Positions 63,681 to 64,000 of a DNA stretch of 64,000 nt are shown one piece after another. Each line of letters starts with the position of its first letter. Position 1 is the first letter of the stretch. The DNA lies in assembly GCF_006345805.1 (NCBI RefSeq), contig NW_021824844.1, positions 2,098 through 66,097 on the forward strand. The letters are read 5' to 3'. Both the position numbers and the translations under genes were made by a program. Origin of the DNA: Octopus sinensis. Taxonomy: Eukaryota. Below the pieces are notes generated by a model. That model ran no database searches. It saw nothing but the letters and a program-made list of their open reading frames with translations, and was not told the origin of the DNA.

Positions 63681-64000
63681 AAGCAAACCTCTTAATACAC
63701 AGCCATGCCTTCACCTTGTATATATATATATATACAACAGGTTTCTTTCAGTTTCCATCTACCAAATTCACTCACAGGCTTTTGATGGCCCAAGGCCATG
63801 CAGTGGGACTGAACCCAGAACCATGTGATTGGGCAGCAAACCTCTTACCACACAGCCACTCCTAGCACCTTGTATATATACTCTTTTACTCTTTTACTCT
63901 TTTACTTTGTTTCAGTCATTTGACTGCGGCCATGCTGGCCACCGCCTTTAGTATAGCAATCGCCCCGGGACTTATTCTTTGTAAGCCCAGTACTTATTCT

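Overview
Repeat-dense eukaryotic genomic window. The tRNA-derived SINE families, RTE/CR1 LINE fragments and microsatellite load resemble octopus or another coleoid cephalopod; this species assignment is an inference. One protein-coding gene can be rebuilt on the minus strand: a Ca2+/calmodulin-dependent protein kinase kinase (CaMKK1/2-like). It has 15 coding exons from 33240 down to 4128, all with GT-AG sites and consistent phases, giving about 813 aa. There is one apparent +1 frameshift near 32163 and a plausible alternative read-through C-terminus (stop at 9980-9982, AATAAA at 9816-9821). The rest is intronic or upstream DNA filled with SINEs, decayed LINEs, MITEs, Helitron-like elements and simple repeats. 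The main unexpected signal is six short type I hammerhead-ribozyme-like motifs at five loci in the CaMKK introns. Two sit in units of about 350 nt bounded by direct repeats, two are the arms of one inverted duplication, and two are in short remnants, all resembling Penelope pseudo-LTRs or non-LTR retrozymes. Their cores show C3-G8, G3-C8 and U3-A8 versions of the known 3-8 tertiary pair, and three are in the sense orientation of the CaMKK pre-mRNA. All folds and alignments were done by eye; no activity or database match has been checked.
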